Below, in pieces: positions 34,371 to 47,119 of a stretch of 64,000 nucleotides of DNA; the stretch's first letter is position 1; each line of letters begins with the position of its first letter. The position numbers and the translations under genes are program-made. The notes below the pieces were generated by a model that did not search any database, was not told where the DNA came from, and saw only the letters and a list, made by a program, of their open reading frames with translations. Source of the stretch: Takakia lepidozioides (Eukaryota; Plantae; Bryophyta); assembly GCA_030704615.1 (NCBI GenBank), contig CM060732.1:72664001-72728000 (forward strand), given 5' to 3'.

Positions 34371-36744
34371 CCAGAGTCTTGCCAATAATAATTTTGTCAA
34401 CAGTCCAATGCTCTCTCTCCAACGGTGGCAGCAAAACAGATAATGGTGATGGTTGGTCCAACCATAACAAACCACAAGCAATTTAGAGAGGGGGTGTCTA
34501 TCCAGAATTTAGAGAGCCCACACAAAATGAGGTGCTGGCAAAGAGCGCCCCAATGCTTTCCATTTGTGGAGGTTGCCTCTGTTTTGCCGATATTATCACC
34601 TCTTTCCGCAAGTTGGGTATAACATCTGCATGAATGACATTTTTGGATAATTGATCTCTCAAATTCAAGGCTTAGGGTTTATGGGATGTAAACCTGAAAT
34701 CTTGTATAATTAACTTTCTGCAAGCTCCATTGGACGTCTGGCTAGTTCCGAACATACCGATCATCGTCGGATATGAAGCAGTTCTGGTAAAATGAGGTAC
34801 CCAAGACCTACCACCTCATGTTGACTCCCCCATTTCCCACTGTCATGCAACTTTTTGATGTTGAATGAATTATGTACATTGATGTAGAATTAATCTCCAA
34901 GTGTTTTTACCAACAGTGCAGCAATACGCAAGGGATACTAACAAAGCACGAGAGAAAGGAGAGAGAAGAAAGAAAGAAGTGGCACAAAGTAGAGCAAGAA
35001 ATGTCACTCCGAGAATACGTGCCTTGTGCAGGTAGGCTGTCAGGCACTTCTAGTCCTAAAAGCTGAAGGCTTCTGTCATGCAAGAAATTTCTTACGCCCA
35101 CGGAAGGCCTAGAGAGAGCATTACACACATAACAAAGATGGAAAAGAAAAAAAATAGGGTTGAGACTTCAGACCTGATTTGAGTCCCTCCTCAAAAATGC
35201 GAAATAATTTGGTCTGCTGCAAGTGACCGGTTTCCATTTCGACTAGTAAGTGGTACTGAACAACATGCATATCCTCCGATACAGATACAAACATACAAAC
35301 ATATATACAGACACTGCTTGACACGATGCTGGAGTTGATATTACACACCCTGCAATCCGCCATAGTAGAAGATTTGCACGGACTCACCGAAGGACAATAT
35401 AGATCAACACACATAATAATAACTTGGACAAAATAGAAACCTAGGTCTTGCGGGTCTTCAGCTTGTTGTGTAGCCCAGCAGTTGAACCACTCCACACATA
35501 GAGGGATGCTCTGCAAATCCAAGCCCATATTGTCTATATTCCTGAGTAGGGTCAGCGGGGGCACTCCTATTTTGGAGGGTTTCATATATAACTTAGAACG
35601 GAGGTCAAACTTCACAGCGGCATCGGACCACTCCCAACCCATTACAAGCGTAGAGAAGGTAAAAAGCAGCACAAAGTCTAACCATATCAACAACCATAGG
35701 AGGATCAATAAGGAAGCTACTTATTATGCACAAGTTGTTGGCCTCGCACCGTCGCTCAAGTCTTCTTGCCAAGCGTTCCACCCTTTCCTCCTTTAAGAAG
35801 TCCAAAGGCCAAGCCCTAAACCCCACACAAACTGTACATATGACACTCCTCTCTGCTCCCGGGGGCAGGACGACGAAGGCCAGGGTTTTGCTAACATGAG
35901 AGCAGGGAAGAAAGGGAAGAAGCTTTCACTAGTCTCGAGCCATTTCCCAATGGCTGTTACTGGTTAAGAATATATTTCACAAAAACATAAACAAAAACAA
36001 ATTAATATTTGATGCTCATTAATATCAAGAGCAATGTTAACTAGTGAAGGTATATATGTGAAGTTTGGGTGTTTTCCGGTGAAGGCATATTAGGATCTTC
36101 CCCCATTTCGGCACTTATGCTTGGTCTCCTCTTGAGGGAGGAGCCAACAAACTTTACTTTACTTTACTTCATCAAGTCTACCTAGGTTCAAAATGACGAA
36201 TATTCACTGTTAAAGACGTTAAAGAAGCTTTATCTTTATCTTTGTTAGAGTTTTTAGTTTTTACTATCTTAGATGAATGTCATAGGCCTTTCTACCCAGG
36301 TTACTTATGGATGTAATGATTCTCCTTTGGCAAGATTTTATTGAACTTCTTCTTAACTACTTTTCAACCACGTTGTAAAAACCTCGAGCTATTTGTAATT
36401 TGCTGCTCCAAGGTGTGCCCTATAGAGTGCATGCAAGGGAACACATTAATGGCTGCTCATGTTGCCCCTACATTAACTGCAATGGAGCCTGAGGCCCCAT
36501 GCCATGCTATAGCCGCCTTAACGAACCCCACCATGCTCCACAGTGCACTAACACGAATTTCGGAGTTTGAGGCAAAGCCAAAGGGGCCAAGGTTTGCGAG
36601 AGCACACAAGAAACAAGAGCATATTTGGTTCACGTTGAAGAAGATAACTCCATCCCTCTTGCTGACCTTGGTGATTTCTCTTCTGTTCAATCAGATTATT
36701 GCATTGATGAGACTTTGAAATCGGGTTTTTTTTAAGCCCAAGAC

Positions 36745-37625
36745 CTATGTAGCAGCTTGGGAATGAAACCAAGTGATGTGACCAAATCCGAATGATGGAA
36801 TGAGCCATGGAATATCGAAGAGAAGATAGAGGTTCAGCTTTTCAAATGCATGCAGGAGGATGGTGACATTGTTCTTGATGGTCTTTGTTTGGAAGTTAAT
36901 GGAGAAACCCATGTCGAACCTGAAACTATGCAAGATCATTCTTTAAGTGCAATAGAGGATATTTTGGACCCTTTGCAGGTGCATGCAGAGGATATTATTG
37001 TTCAAAGCGAATTTCGGCATATCTTGGATGCCCTTATTGATGAGCAAGAAGGAGAGGAAGAAGATGATAAATCACCTATCATTTCATTTATCACAGTCGA
37101 TGGAAATGCTATTTGCAAGAGTACCTTGGTTAACCAATTAAATGGCAATCCCACTCTTTCCAAAGATAGGTAAACACGAGTTCGAAGTGGAATTTCACTT
37201 TGCAAAGAGAAAAATTCCAGCCACATTAATCCAAAAACAATGTGATTTGTGCCGGATCTGATTGTGCCGTTTTTTTTGTTGATACCGTCGCCAACCAAGC
37301 TCCGGTTGGAAATAGGAGAGGTAGACCAGCAAAAACCACTAGAGCATCAACAAAAGGTGTTTGGTATTTGGGTAGGGTTCAGAAAATGCGTCGAAAAGTC
37401 AATAATCGACGAATTGAGTATAAGGATCCAATTGATTTGTTGAATCGGCCTTCCAATGTAGAAATAGGTTTAGCTTGGTACCAAAAAGTGATCGTTTTAC
37501 TCCTATGATTTGACGGACAATATGATGGTTGATCTAGAGTCTATTATAGCATTAGCTTTTCTAAAGTATGATGCAGCCTCTAATAGGTATAAGCTCGATC
37601 CAAATGATAAAACAGTATTTGACAA
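36745..37625 (+). pseudogene. Degenerate C-terminal part of a P-element-like transposase-associated ORF
   Basis: LGMKP..W..PW, KSTLV..L..LSKDR*.RV, G.DCAVFF, WYLGRVQKMR; contains stops and frameshifts; family assignment from recalled motifs only. Confidence 0.45.
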
Positions 37626-38804
37626 TTTTATCAATAGAAAATAAATTTGACACTAATTTTTATTTGTTATACAAGTTATTTTAAATATTTTTTAAATCTG
37701 ATGTAAATTTTTTGTCACAATTTTGTATTAAAAATTATACATAAATAAAGGGTTTATTATATTCTGAATCAACACATGAATACATACAGCAAAGTGTTGT
37801 TATTCATTAATTTTTATATATAAATACTTTAGGGGGTTTAATAAATTTTAAAATGTATGTATACATATGATAAATTCATGAGGTAATCTATATACAGGGG
37901 TAGTTTTTATTGACTAATGCACGATGAAAAACCCTAATGTCTATAAATTACTAATGAAGCCAGTGTCACTCTCTCTGAGGCACAAACCCACACCATCCAT
38001 TCACTTGTGGTAGCGGGACTCAATGTGAGCGAGAGAGGAAGAAAGAATAACCCCAACAAAGGGGAAAAAGTGCTATGCAGGTAGACAAGCGTTAGACCGG
38101 GCGTAAGTGGGAATACTTAAGATATCAAAGCAGGTATGTGTATAGATACTAGATCGTATATGGTACTCGGGCTGCGTCCACACATTCATCTTTACTAATT
38201 GGGCAGAGAAAGAAAGGAATCATAACAATTCCATTATTTTTTTATTTTGGCATTTTCCGGGCTTTTGCCAAGTCACGGGTACGGATGCCACGGATGATGG
38301 CAACCATGGCCGTGTATGGCCATCATTCATGGATTCCGTTCTCGTGAACGACGACGAATGTTTAGAGCCGTCTCTTTTCTCAACGACGCATGCCATCTTC
38401 AATCACTGTCCACGGTGATGGGCTCCGTGACCTATTGCCGTGGAGAAAAATACTCTGCGTCCATGCCCGTCCAAAATGTATTCCGTGCATATCCACACTA
38501 TAGCTTCGCTAGGCAACGTACTACCATCCACAATGTTGTCAACTGTCTATGATGGTGACTGCAAGAGTAATGTATGTAATTGGCATTGAAATTGAAATTC
38601 TTTATTGATTTTGGAGGGCCAATATTGAATTACAACGCCTTGGGCTATTTGTAATCTACTCCTCCAAGGTCTCCCCTATAGAGCTAGGGGGCGCATTAAT
38701 ATGGGGTCCACATTAATGGCTGCTCATGTGGCCCCCACATTAATGCGGTGGGGCTCCACGAGGCCCCATGCTATATCCGCCATAGGGAGCCTCCATGCTC
38801 CACA

Positions 38805-40733
38805 TCCGCCATCCATGCGCTCCCTATGCTCCATATCCCCATGATCCATCCCATGCCTTCCTCAACTCATTTTGATCAGTTTATAATGCAACAAAGACAA
38901 AGAAGATACACTTTGATAGCTACTCAGCTGGTAAGCGTACAATGAGTTACCTACGTAGTTTGGGGTTCAAAGTCAGTGTGCTACACCTCTCCGTTTGTGG
39001 ATTGTTTGTGGCGACCCTCAATAACTTGAATCGTGATTGTCGCTCCCAGGTTTTTTCTTCTCTTCAAAAAAAGAAAAGAAATGTCAAGGGGCTGATCCGA
39101 AACCAAAATTGTTATATTGTTGTTTAGACGTTTGTAATTTCAGACTCTCTCCCTCCACTACAAGTATGAAATTCTAAATATTAAAACAATAATATTGGTT
39201 TCTTATCAACAACAACAATTTTGGTTTCGGATCAGCCGCTTACACCATTTTTTTCTCGTTTTTGAAGAGGAAAAAAACCTAGGGGAGACAGCCCATGATT
39301 TAGGCTATTGAGGACCGCCACGAACAGGGGTAGTGCCATGGGTTTAACCCTTAAGTGTTGAACCGACCCGTTTTGGGTTGGTTAGATTTCTTTAACCATC
39401 CATAGCTTCCTGTGGTTAAGGCTGATTGGCCTTTTTGGCTCAATCGACAGATAATCGGGTCCCCCTTCATATGGCATTGGCCAATTGGTCAATGCCTGAA
39501 GGGGTAGGGATCTCGATCAATTGGAAGGGGGCCAACTCAGCTTTTGAGGCCATTTTGGCACCCCTAACCTGCCCAAGTTGCTAACATGGCAACTGCGGTC
39601 AGGTTAGGGTGAATGAATGATACCCCATAAAGGGATGGGCGGCACGCTTCCCCCAACCCATTGACTGCCCGATGGGTATGGCGGCCTGCGCAGGTCTGGG
39701 TATTCCCAGGCCTGCACCCTAACCTGAGATCGACGGAGATGGCTACTCCAGCCAACACGATGGGCTCATAGTAGGGCGGACTGGAGGGAGTGCAGCCGCG
39801 ATGGCGGCAGAGCTCGCGGCTCGAGAAAATCTCGGGTGGGCCAAACCCAGGCAGGGAGTTTGATAGGGTTGCGGGTGGAGTGGCCCCCATGAAAGCAGGG
39901 CCGGGAAGCCATAGCTCCCAAACCCCGTGCCCTTCTGGGTTACGGCTCCAAATATCCTAGGCCTGCAGGCTATAACATAGGTGTGTCATTTGAAGTCTTG
40001 GGGCAGGGAACCTAAGGATGCGGTGGCATTGGCTGATTGGCCTCAAAGTTTTTCGGGGACTTCATATGGAAGCCCATGACATTTCAACCGGACGGATTAG
40101 GGATTGACCAGCTGAATTTTTTTGTATAATTTTAGGAAGAGAGATTTTGGCCTGCCCAAAGAAAATGGCATATTTTGATCCCCCAATTTGTCACTACAAA
40201 GGAGCCCACTTGAGAAAATTTCAGAAAAAACTGAAATTTTATGAGAATGTGTGTTATCAGGTATGGAACAACATTCTTGAGACTCTCAAAAGAAAAAAGA
40301 AAAAATGCCCAAATACGAGCAAAAAACTGCTTTTTTTGGCACCTAGTTCTTAGTGGAGATTTTTTTTTGTCCCCACTCTACACTTTATAATCTTCAGATC
40401 TGGCAGTTGGATTTTGGTGAAACTTTTTGTGGTAGAAGGTGGGGTAGGTGGGAAGTAATTCCAACGGTCAGTTTTACAAGGACACAGAGATTCTCTAGAT
40501 AAAAAAAATTTGTGGGCCAGGGTCATGTTTTTCCACGAGAGGGTGAAAATGAGTTATGACACTTAAGGGTTAAACCCCAACTACTTAGGTAACACAGTGT
40601 GCACTTACCAGCTGAGCTACCAACTAATGTGTAATTAAGTGTTCTTTGTTGCATTATAAACTGATAAAATGAGTTGAGGAGGGCATGGGATGGATCATGG
40701 GGATATGGAGCATAAGGAGCGCATGGATGGCGG
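38805..40733. mobile_element. Foldback/MITE-like element with arms of about 320 bp (interrupted by the TTAA element)
   Basis: 38805-39125 is the imperfect reverse complement of 39205-39343 plus 40574-40733 (e.g. tccgccatccatgcgctcc vs ggagcgcatggatggcgga). Confidence 0.8.
39348..40569. mobile_element. Non-autonomous TTAA-specific (piggyBac-like) DNA transposon, 1,222 bp
   Basis: TTAA|CCCTTAAGTGT ... ACACTTAAGGG|TTAA; removing it restores the foldback arm; no transposase ORF. Confidence 0.8.
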
Positions 40734-42729
40734 AATATAAGAGGTTATCTCAGCGTGTTATTCTAGCCAACGTGGCTGCTCATTTCTCCACTTTGGGGCT
40801 CTTAATGATGCTGTGAGGGCGTATCGACGCATGCTCATAAGAAACTACCTCATTTCATTGCAGAAAATTGGGGCCAACATTGGCACGTTCATTGCATTTC
40901 TTTTCGGAACCACGCGATCGTTCTTCCAACTCAAATTTACTACTTTGTTAACATATATTTCATTTGCAGGTATGCCCATATCAATATGTTCTCCACGCCA
41001 CAAATGCATCTCCAATTGGCGAAACAATATCGTCTGATATTGTTGACGATGTAAAAATGATCGGGCCAGAAGCTTTTCAAGGACCTGACAACTTGTTGTC
41101 TACTCAGGCATCCATTGATGTTATGGAGAGTGATCTTATCAGTGTTACGGATGTTGTTTCGAGTCTCAAAATGTCAAAAGTTGAATCCACCGTTAGCAGG
41201 GTCGATGATTTAGCTGGGGTTGGCTGCATAGTGGAAAGCGACTCTCAATATATTGGGGAATCCTCTTTGGAGCCGTCCTTATCCCAACAATTTCCACCAG
41301 ACGCCGTCACGGGGCATCTACATGAGTCTTACCGAACAATAGGTTCCATTGGTTGCAACTGTCGTTGATCGGGTCATCGGATCGCGAGGGCTGGACACCT
41401 CATATACTGAGTAGTCGGGTGATTTAATTCTATTTCATCCATGCGTTTTTTTGTTACCGTATTTCTGTTCATCCTCTGATTTTCTTTCTTTACTCTAGGC
41501 CAAAAAAGCTGCAACATATGACCTTCATATGAAGCGACAACTTCTATGGGGTTGTATTCCAATGTAATCCATTTTTTTTCCGTTTGAATTCGGTTCAGGA
41601 TGTGCAAAAAGAAAGAAACCGAATTCTGTTGTCAACTGTCAGCGAGAAGGTTATTGAACTCACTCATTCGCCGACTAAGGTCAACACACCAACAAGATCG
41701 GCAAATATTTGTGCACATCCCCAACCCCCCAGAATTCTGGATGGTCCTGTATCAAGGAAACGTCACAGATCACAGCAGTCAGCAGCGGTCGTGTCCGACG
41801 ATGAAAAAACAACATCTGACGTTTTGTTATCTCTTCAACATTCACCTGCCCTCAGTGGTAACCCGCCTCAGAATCGAAGGGTAAATCTAGCAAAGGTAAT
41901 AAGTATCTCCTTCACTTAATCCTCTGTCTTATTGGTTCTGGTTTCCTAGTAATCATTACATATATCATTTACATTGTCGACACAACTTAACACAAAGAAA
42001 CCTCGCGCGATCGCGCTTGGTTGTAGGAAATTCACTCCTCCACCGTAGCACTAAAGATGATGATGTCATCTATGTAGCACCGAGCAAACTTCACCCCTGC
42101 TAGAATCCTGTCCATGACTCTCTGAAACTCTGCCGGAGCGTTCTTAAGCCCAAATGGTAAGAACCGCCACTAGTATAGGCAATCCTTCCCGTGCTCATTG
42201 ATCCCCCATAATGTCGTCTTCTGCTTATCCGCCTCCTTGATCGGCAACTAGTGATATCCGGATCGTAAATCCAAAGTGCTAAAGATCTTGGCATGCCCAA
42301 TGCCCAACGGCTCTGGTGTCGGCATGGCATACCTATCGGACTTGGTCTTTTGAATTTACATGGATTAGGAGCTTAGGGTGTATTTATTGGTTCCTTGTTC
42401 GGAATTTTGTGAATGGCGTTGACGCCATTCACATCCAGTGTTATTATGAGGTCCTCAGTGTTATGTACGTTTTGAATGTCCATTGAGTTTTTAGGGAGGG
42501 TTCCTTACTCGAGTTTCTGAATGTCGTTGCCGACATTCAGTTTCCATCCAATGATTTTGCCTCTTTTGAGAAATCATTAGGCTTGATTAGCAGTGTATTC
42601 ACAAATCCAAAGTGAATGACGTTGACGACATTCACTTCTATGTCTGTGTCATTCCAAAGCGAGAGTTTGCATTCACGTGGATTAGGGTATATTTGCAGTA
42701 TCATTGAATGGAATTTTTTGAATGGCGTT

Positions 42730-45700
42730 GACGACATTCACATCCAGAGCTACTTTCAATGAGATCGCAGCCATCATACGTCCTCTCATTTCGCAACATG
42801 CCTCCAACTTTGCTGAAAAAAATCTCACAAACATCAGATCCGACAATGCTCAAAGAAACTTGCAAGTGGCTGAACTTATCTTCGAAGAGTTTGATGAGGA
42901 GAACCACATAATGACATGAAACTTGCAAGTCCAAGTAGGCCTCCCTGCTGATGAAGTAAGCTTTCAGATTGTAGAGTGCATGATGATATATCCATAGCTT
43001 TCATAATGTAAAAAAGAACGATACTTTGGCTGCAGATCGTACCCTTCCACCCAAAGATAGGTGAGGAGAAAAAAAAATATCTATATAGCATGAAACAACA
43101 TGTAGATATATTTCAGTCTCTTTAGTCCTCTCCCTGCGATGGTTACGACTTGATTGCAACTCCTTCAAGCATGTTTGCACTTTGCGAGAAGCTATGCGTT
43201 GAGCTGCCCCCAAATTTTGCCGGTCTTCCTTCTTGACATCACCTTCTTGGAATCCATGTTTATCACTTGAAAACGTTTGATAAACCAAAAGCACATGGTT
43301 CAAGGTTGCAAGCTCCTCACCCAAGACTAGTTGTCGTGAAGGGTTGTCCAATGGATTCACCAACTTCTTGCCACTGTGAATGAAATCTTGGTCTTGTAGC
43401 CCATAGATATCTTCACCATTCCCCAACACCTTTGCTGAAAATAACCAACATTCCCAAGGGATGAAGAACCTTTTTCCAGCCCCATTGTCATAGTCTTCCA
43501 ACATTAGCTTCCTCCTTCGACTATCACCATCTGAAGCATGACTAATTATTGGTCTAACTACCCCTTGCACATATTTATTCCACAACACCCTCACTTTCTC
43601 TCATTGACGCCTCACAAACTCACTATCAAATCTATTGCATGTAAGTTGAATAACTACAACCAATCGAGGCAAACTAACATGCAAAAGATTTGTTATCAAC
43701 ACTCTAGCATAATGAGCTATCATGTTGTCCTTGAAGACATCTACAATCTTGTCAAATGCTCCTTCACCCTCTCCTATTTCAACTACAAAGTCTGACACAC
43801 AAGCATGATTTTCTCCAACCCCGCAAAATCCCAAAAGAATATCAACCCTAGCGACCCATCTAACCAATCGTTTCACCACGGTCTCATCTTCAGCAATCAT
43901 GACAGGGACGGTTCCCAATGGAAGGGCCATACTTTCCATTGCATGTCGATATATTTCAGCAACATGTTGAAACACATCAGGCATTTCACCCACCCTGTAT
44001 GTCATTGCTTTCTTCAAAGACCGTTTTGTAGTATCAAATTGGTTGCCAAAAAAAGAGACAATCTTGGACCACCCCAAGCTGAATAGTTTCAAACATGATC
44101 TTTGTGCTATCGTTATACCTCTTCTTTTTTCTAGATCTGCCCATGTTCTTGCCAATGTCCACAAGATAATCCCATAAAAACTCTCTCCCTTCAAAATTCC
44201 CCAACCTATGCACATGCATAATGTCCCGACAGAATTTGTGAACATCTCCCCTTCCAATAGCCTCGACAGCAGCCTCCTTCAAGCCCCTACAACGCATAGA
44301 AAGACTCGCTACTCTCGTTCTTGTTTCCCACAACTTCAACCTCAAGTCTCTCAACTATTTCTTGTCCTTGATCACTTAATTGATAATCTTTGAATTGCCA
44401 AGATAATCCAACATTCTTTCTTTTCTTGTGTCCCTCTCTCATCTTGATTGAGTAGCAAAGATTCCCTCTCTATAAATCCTCATTGTGAAGTCTCTTTCAG
44501 ATGGAATTGAAGAATAAAAAGAACATCTCATGGCTGGAAAAGGTTCTCCATCCAGTGATATTCTCAAACAGTCCTTATGTCGGAATGTACCAGTAATCAC
44601 ATGCAAGCGATGGTTAAGAATGACGGTTGCATTGGTTAGAAGTTCGGCATACCAATTGTTTTCTCACTTGGTGTCTTCAAGAAATGGTTCGAGATTGACC
44701 TTGTCACGATTGTACTCCCACCACTCGTCTCATAGGCCCCATTATAGCATCGACTTCCTTTTGTTGCATTGGGACCCTTCCTGTGGTTGCCAAATGAGGG
44801 ATGAATCTTCAATGTTGATGTCCGGTGGCAAGTCATGTGTTGAAACATCACCCTTCTCCATAGTAGATGAGAATGAAATGTTTGTTGTAGTGGCTGGAGT
44901 GATACAATCTAAAAATCTGATGACAGATTGGCTGATCAAGAATGAACTTAGATCCCTTTGCTTTCTATCATGGGCAATAGAAAGCTTTGGAGGCCTCCCA
45001 GCTCGCTTTTTCAGATTACATCAACATCTTTCAGCTTGCATTCTCCCACATCCAAATGAGCTTTTCCTTTGACATGCTCTGTCAATGAAGACATAAGAGA
45101 ATATGTCTTAGGGAACATGACTATCCACTTTGAATCGGTCATGCACTTTAATCTCATAGACCCCAATTTTGAGTAATCCCCAATTGTTGCCTCCACAATC
45201 TCAAAAGCTGAACCTGGATTGTCCACGCAAAAGCTATCAACCTCCTCCATGACCTCTTTGATTCTTTCCTTGTTGGCAGCCAAGACTTCCTGTTCATTTG
45301 GAGGCCTCACAATAGGATCATCCTTCCCCTTCCCATAGCGCATTTGGTACGTCATTTGGTGTCCATCAGACTTCACATGAGACCTGAGATAATTTTGACA
45401 TGCCTCATGATCATAAGGTTTGCTCTTTCCTGTTCAGGCATAAACCTCTTGACATACATCACACCAGAGATGAAACAACACATTTCCTTCCACATCATTT
45501 GTCATGAGCTCAACATCATCAAAACGACCTTATGTCCTCAATTTTCTTCGAACGCCCCTAATCTCTTTTTACCACTTCTCAATATCTGCATCTTTGGCCA
45601 ACTTGCTTTTCAGCCTATCCGAGTTTTGCACCAGCCCCTCTTCTTCATGTATATCTTCGCTCATGCTATCATCACAAGGAAGAAACTCCACCTCAGCAGA

Positions 45701-46090
45701 AGGATCCTCTCGCATTCTCTTTGCCAATGGCTGAAGCGCATCTCCATCCATGTGTGTGCTCAAGACAATGGAAGCACTTGATGATAAAGGTCTTTTCTGA
45801 CCTTGATAACCATCACTATCATTCTGATATTTGATGTGGACAGTGTCCCCTTTCAGAGCCATCCTCTCCTCTTGTTTGGCTGAAAAGACACCCCCCCCCC
45901 AAGGTAAGGAAAACAAATCTACATGATACAAGCTCATCCTGTTGTATTTCATCCCGAACAGACTTGTAGGTGCCACCGGGGGTAATGAAAACAGACCCCA
46001 CCCTGTCTTCTGTTTCATCTCCATCAATGAGCAGTACTTTTACTTCCAAGTCTGCTTCCATGGCAATTAAAGTTGCATGCCCCAAGTGGA
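42730..46090 (-). pseudogene. P-element/THAP9-superfamily-like DDE transposase relic
   Basis: Frameshifted ORFs in order: N-terminal region with C..D/H....H zinc-finger-like motif (45011-45376), MIAEDET (D1), HASDGDSRRRKLM (D2), QDFIHSGKKLVN (D..H..K), GSDVCEIFFSKVG (E). Confidence 0.7.
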
Positions 46091-46621
46091 ATGCCAGTAT
46101 GACTCCACAAGGACTTATACCATTGATGTTGGCTCAAATATGGCCTCCTGCTGCGGCAGCGACCTCCTGCTTGCTCCAGTTTGTGAGAGACCTGCCAGCC
46201 TGTACCCCCCAAACAATGAGCACACCACTATCAGTGCCCTCCCTCTCTCTTTCTCTTGGTAGGAATATGTGAAGGAGCAGGGATGAAACGTAGGTGCAAG
46301 AGGGCTGCATTTCAAGCACAAAACTACCTATGATTTTTTGCCCTACCCCCTATAAACCATGGACACAATTCAGCAGATTCAGATACTTAGCTCTGTCTCT
46401 TGCATGAGTGCATAAGGAAGAAAACTTGGAAGCTGGTGGGCAAATTCATATTCACATTATGCAAACTGAATCTAAGCCACATATTTTGCCTATATAACGC
46501 CTTGTTAACATGTATATTAAGTGAAGGAGCATTGTGAATACTCACCAAGTGCAGGGGCCTGCTGCTGGTGGCTGGCTGCTGGTGCGGCGACGGCCTGCTT
46601 GCAACGGCGTAAATAGAATCT

Positions 46622-47068
46622 GAGATCTTTGTGGGCTGTGTTTACATGCCCACAGAGGGGACCCTTAGTTGCTGCAGTTGCTATCTTTAGTTGACCATCT
46701 ACGTCTGCTACTCTCCAGGTAACCTAACATGCATTCACCTCGAGCTACCTTCAACATAAAAATTTAGGGACGACTCTGAAAATAGGGAAAAACAGAGTGA
46801 AACGTGTTGATGAAGATACCTTCTATCAATTGTGCTCCTGCCGCTGCTGTTTCCAGTTGACCATCTACCCACGCAGATTTCTTATAGCTATTGATCCACA
46901 GGGAATCAGAAGTAATCTTGTGTTGAAATCCGGCCCTCTTGGATGGACCTGGACCTGTGACATCTAACCTCCTACGAACACCTGTTTTACTACAGGACCC
47001 ACCCCCGAAAGGGGGCAGTAGGGCCATAAGGTGAAGTGGCTCTTAGTACTTACACCGGCCTCGGCCGG

Positions 47069-47112
<44 letters not shown>
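46622..47112 (+). mobile_element. Internally deleted LINE-like fragment ending in (CT)n
   Basis: 46625-46668 matches LINE-B endonuclease 19745-19791 ([11 protein letters not shown]); 46874-46955 recurs at 60033-60115 and inverted at about 61595-61680; (CT)n at 47073-47112. Confidence 0.55.
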
Positions 47113-47114
<2 letters not shown>

Positions 47115-47119
47115 TTAAT

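Noticed and set aside
34700-35830. Exon-like pieces and ORFs such as 35121-35708
   Set aside because: No recognisable domain or consistent splicing; cannot be supported.
42322-42352. KTKSDRYAMP, Ty3/gypsy RT-like peptide on the minus strand
   Set aside because: Only about 10 codons with no LTRs or other domains; too little to call.
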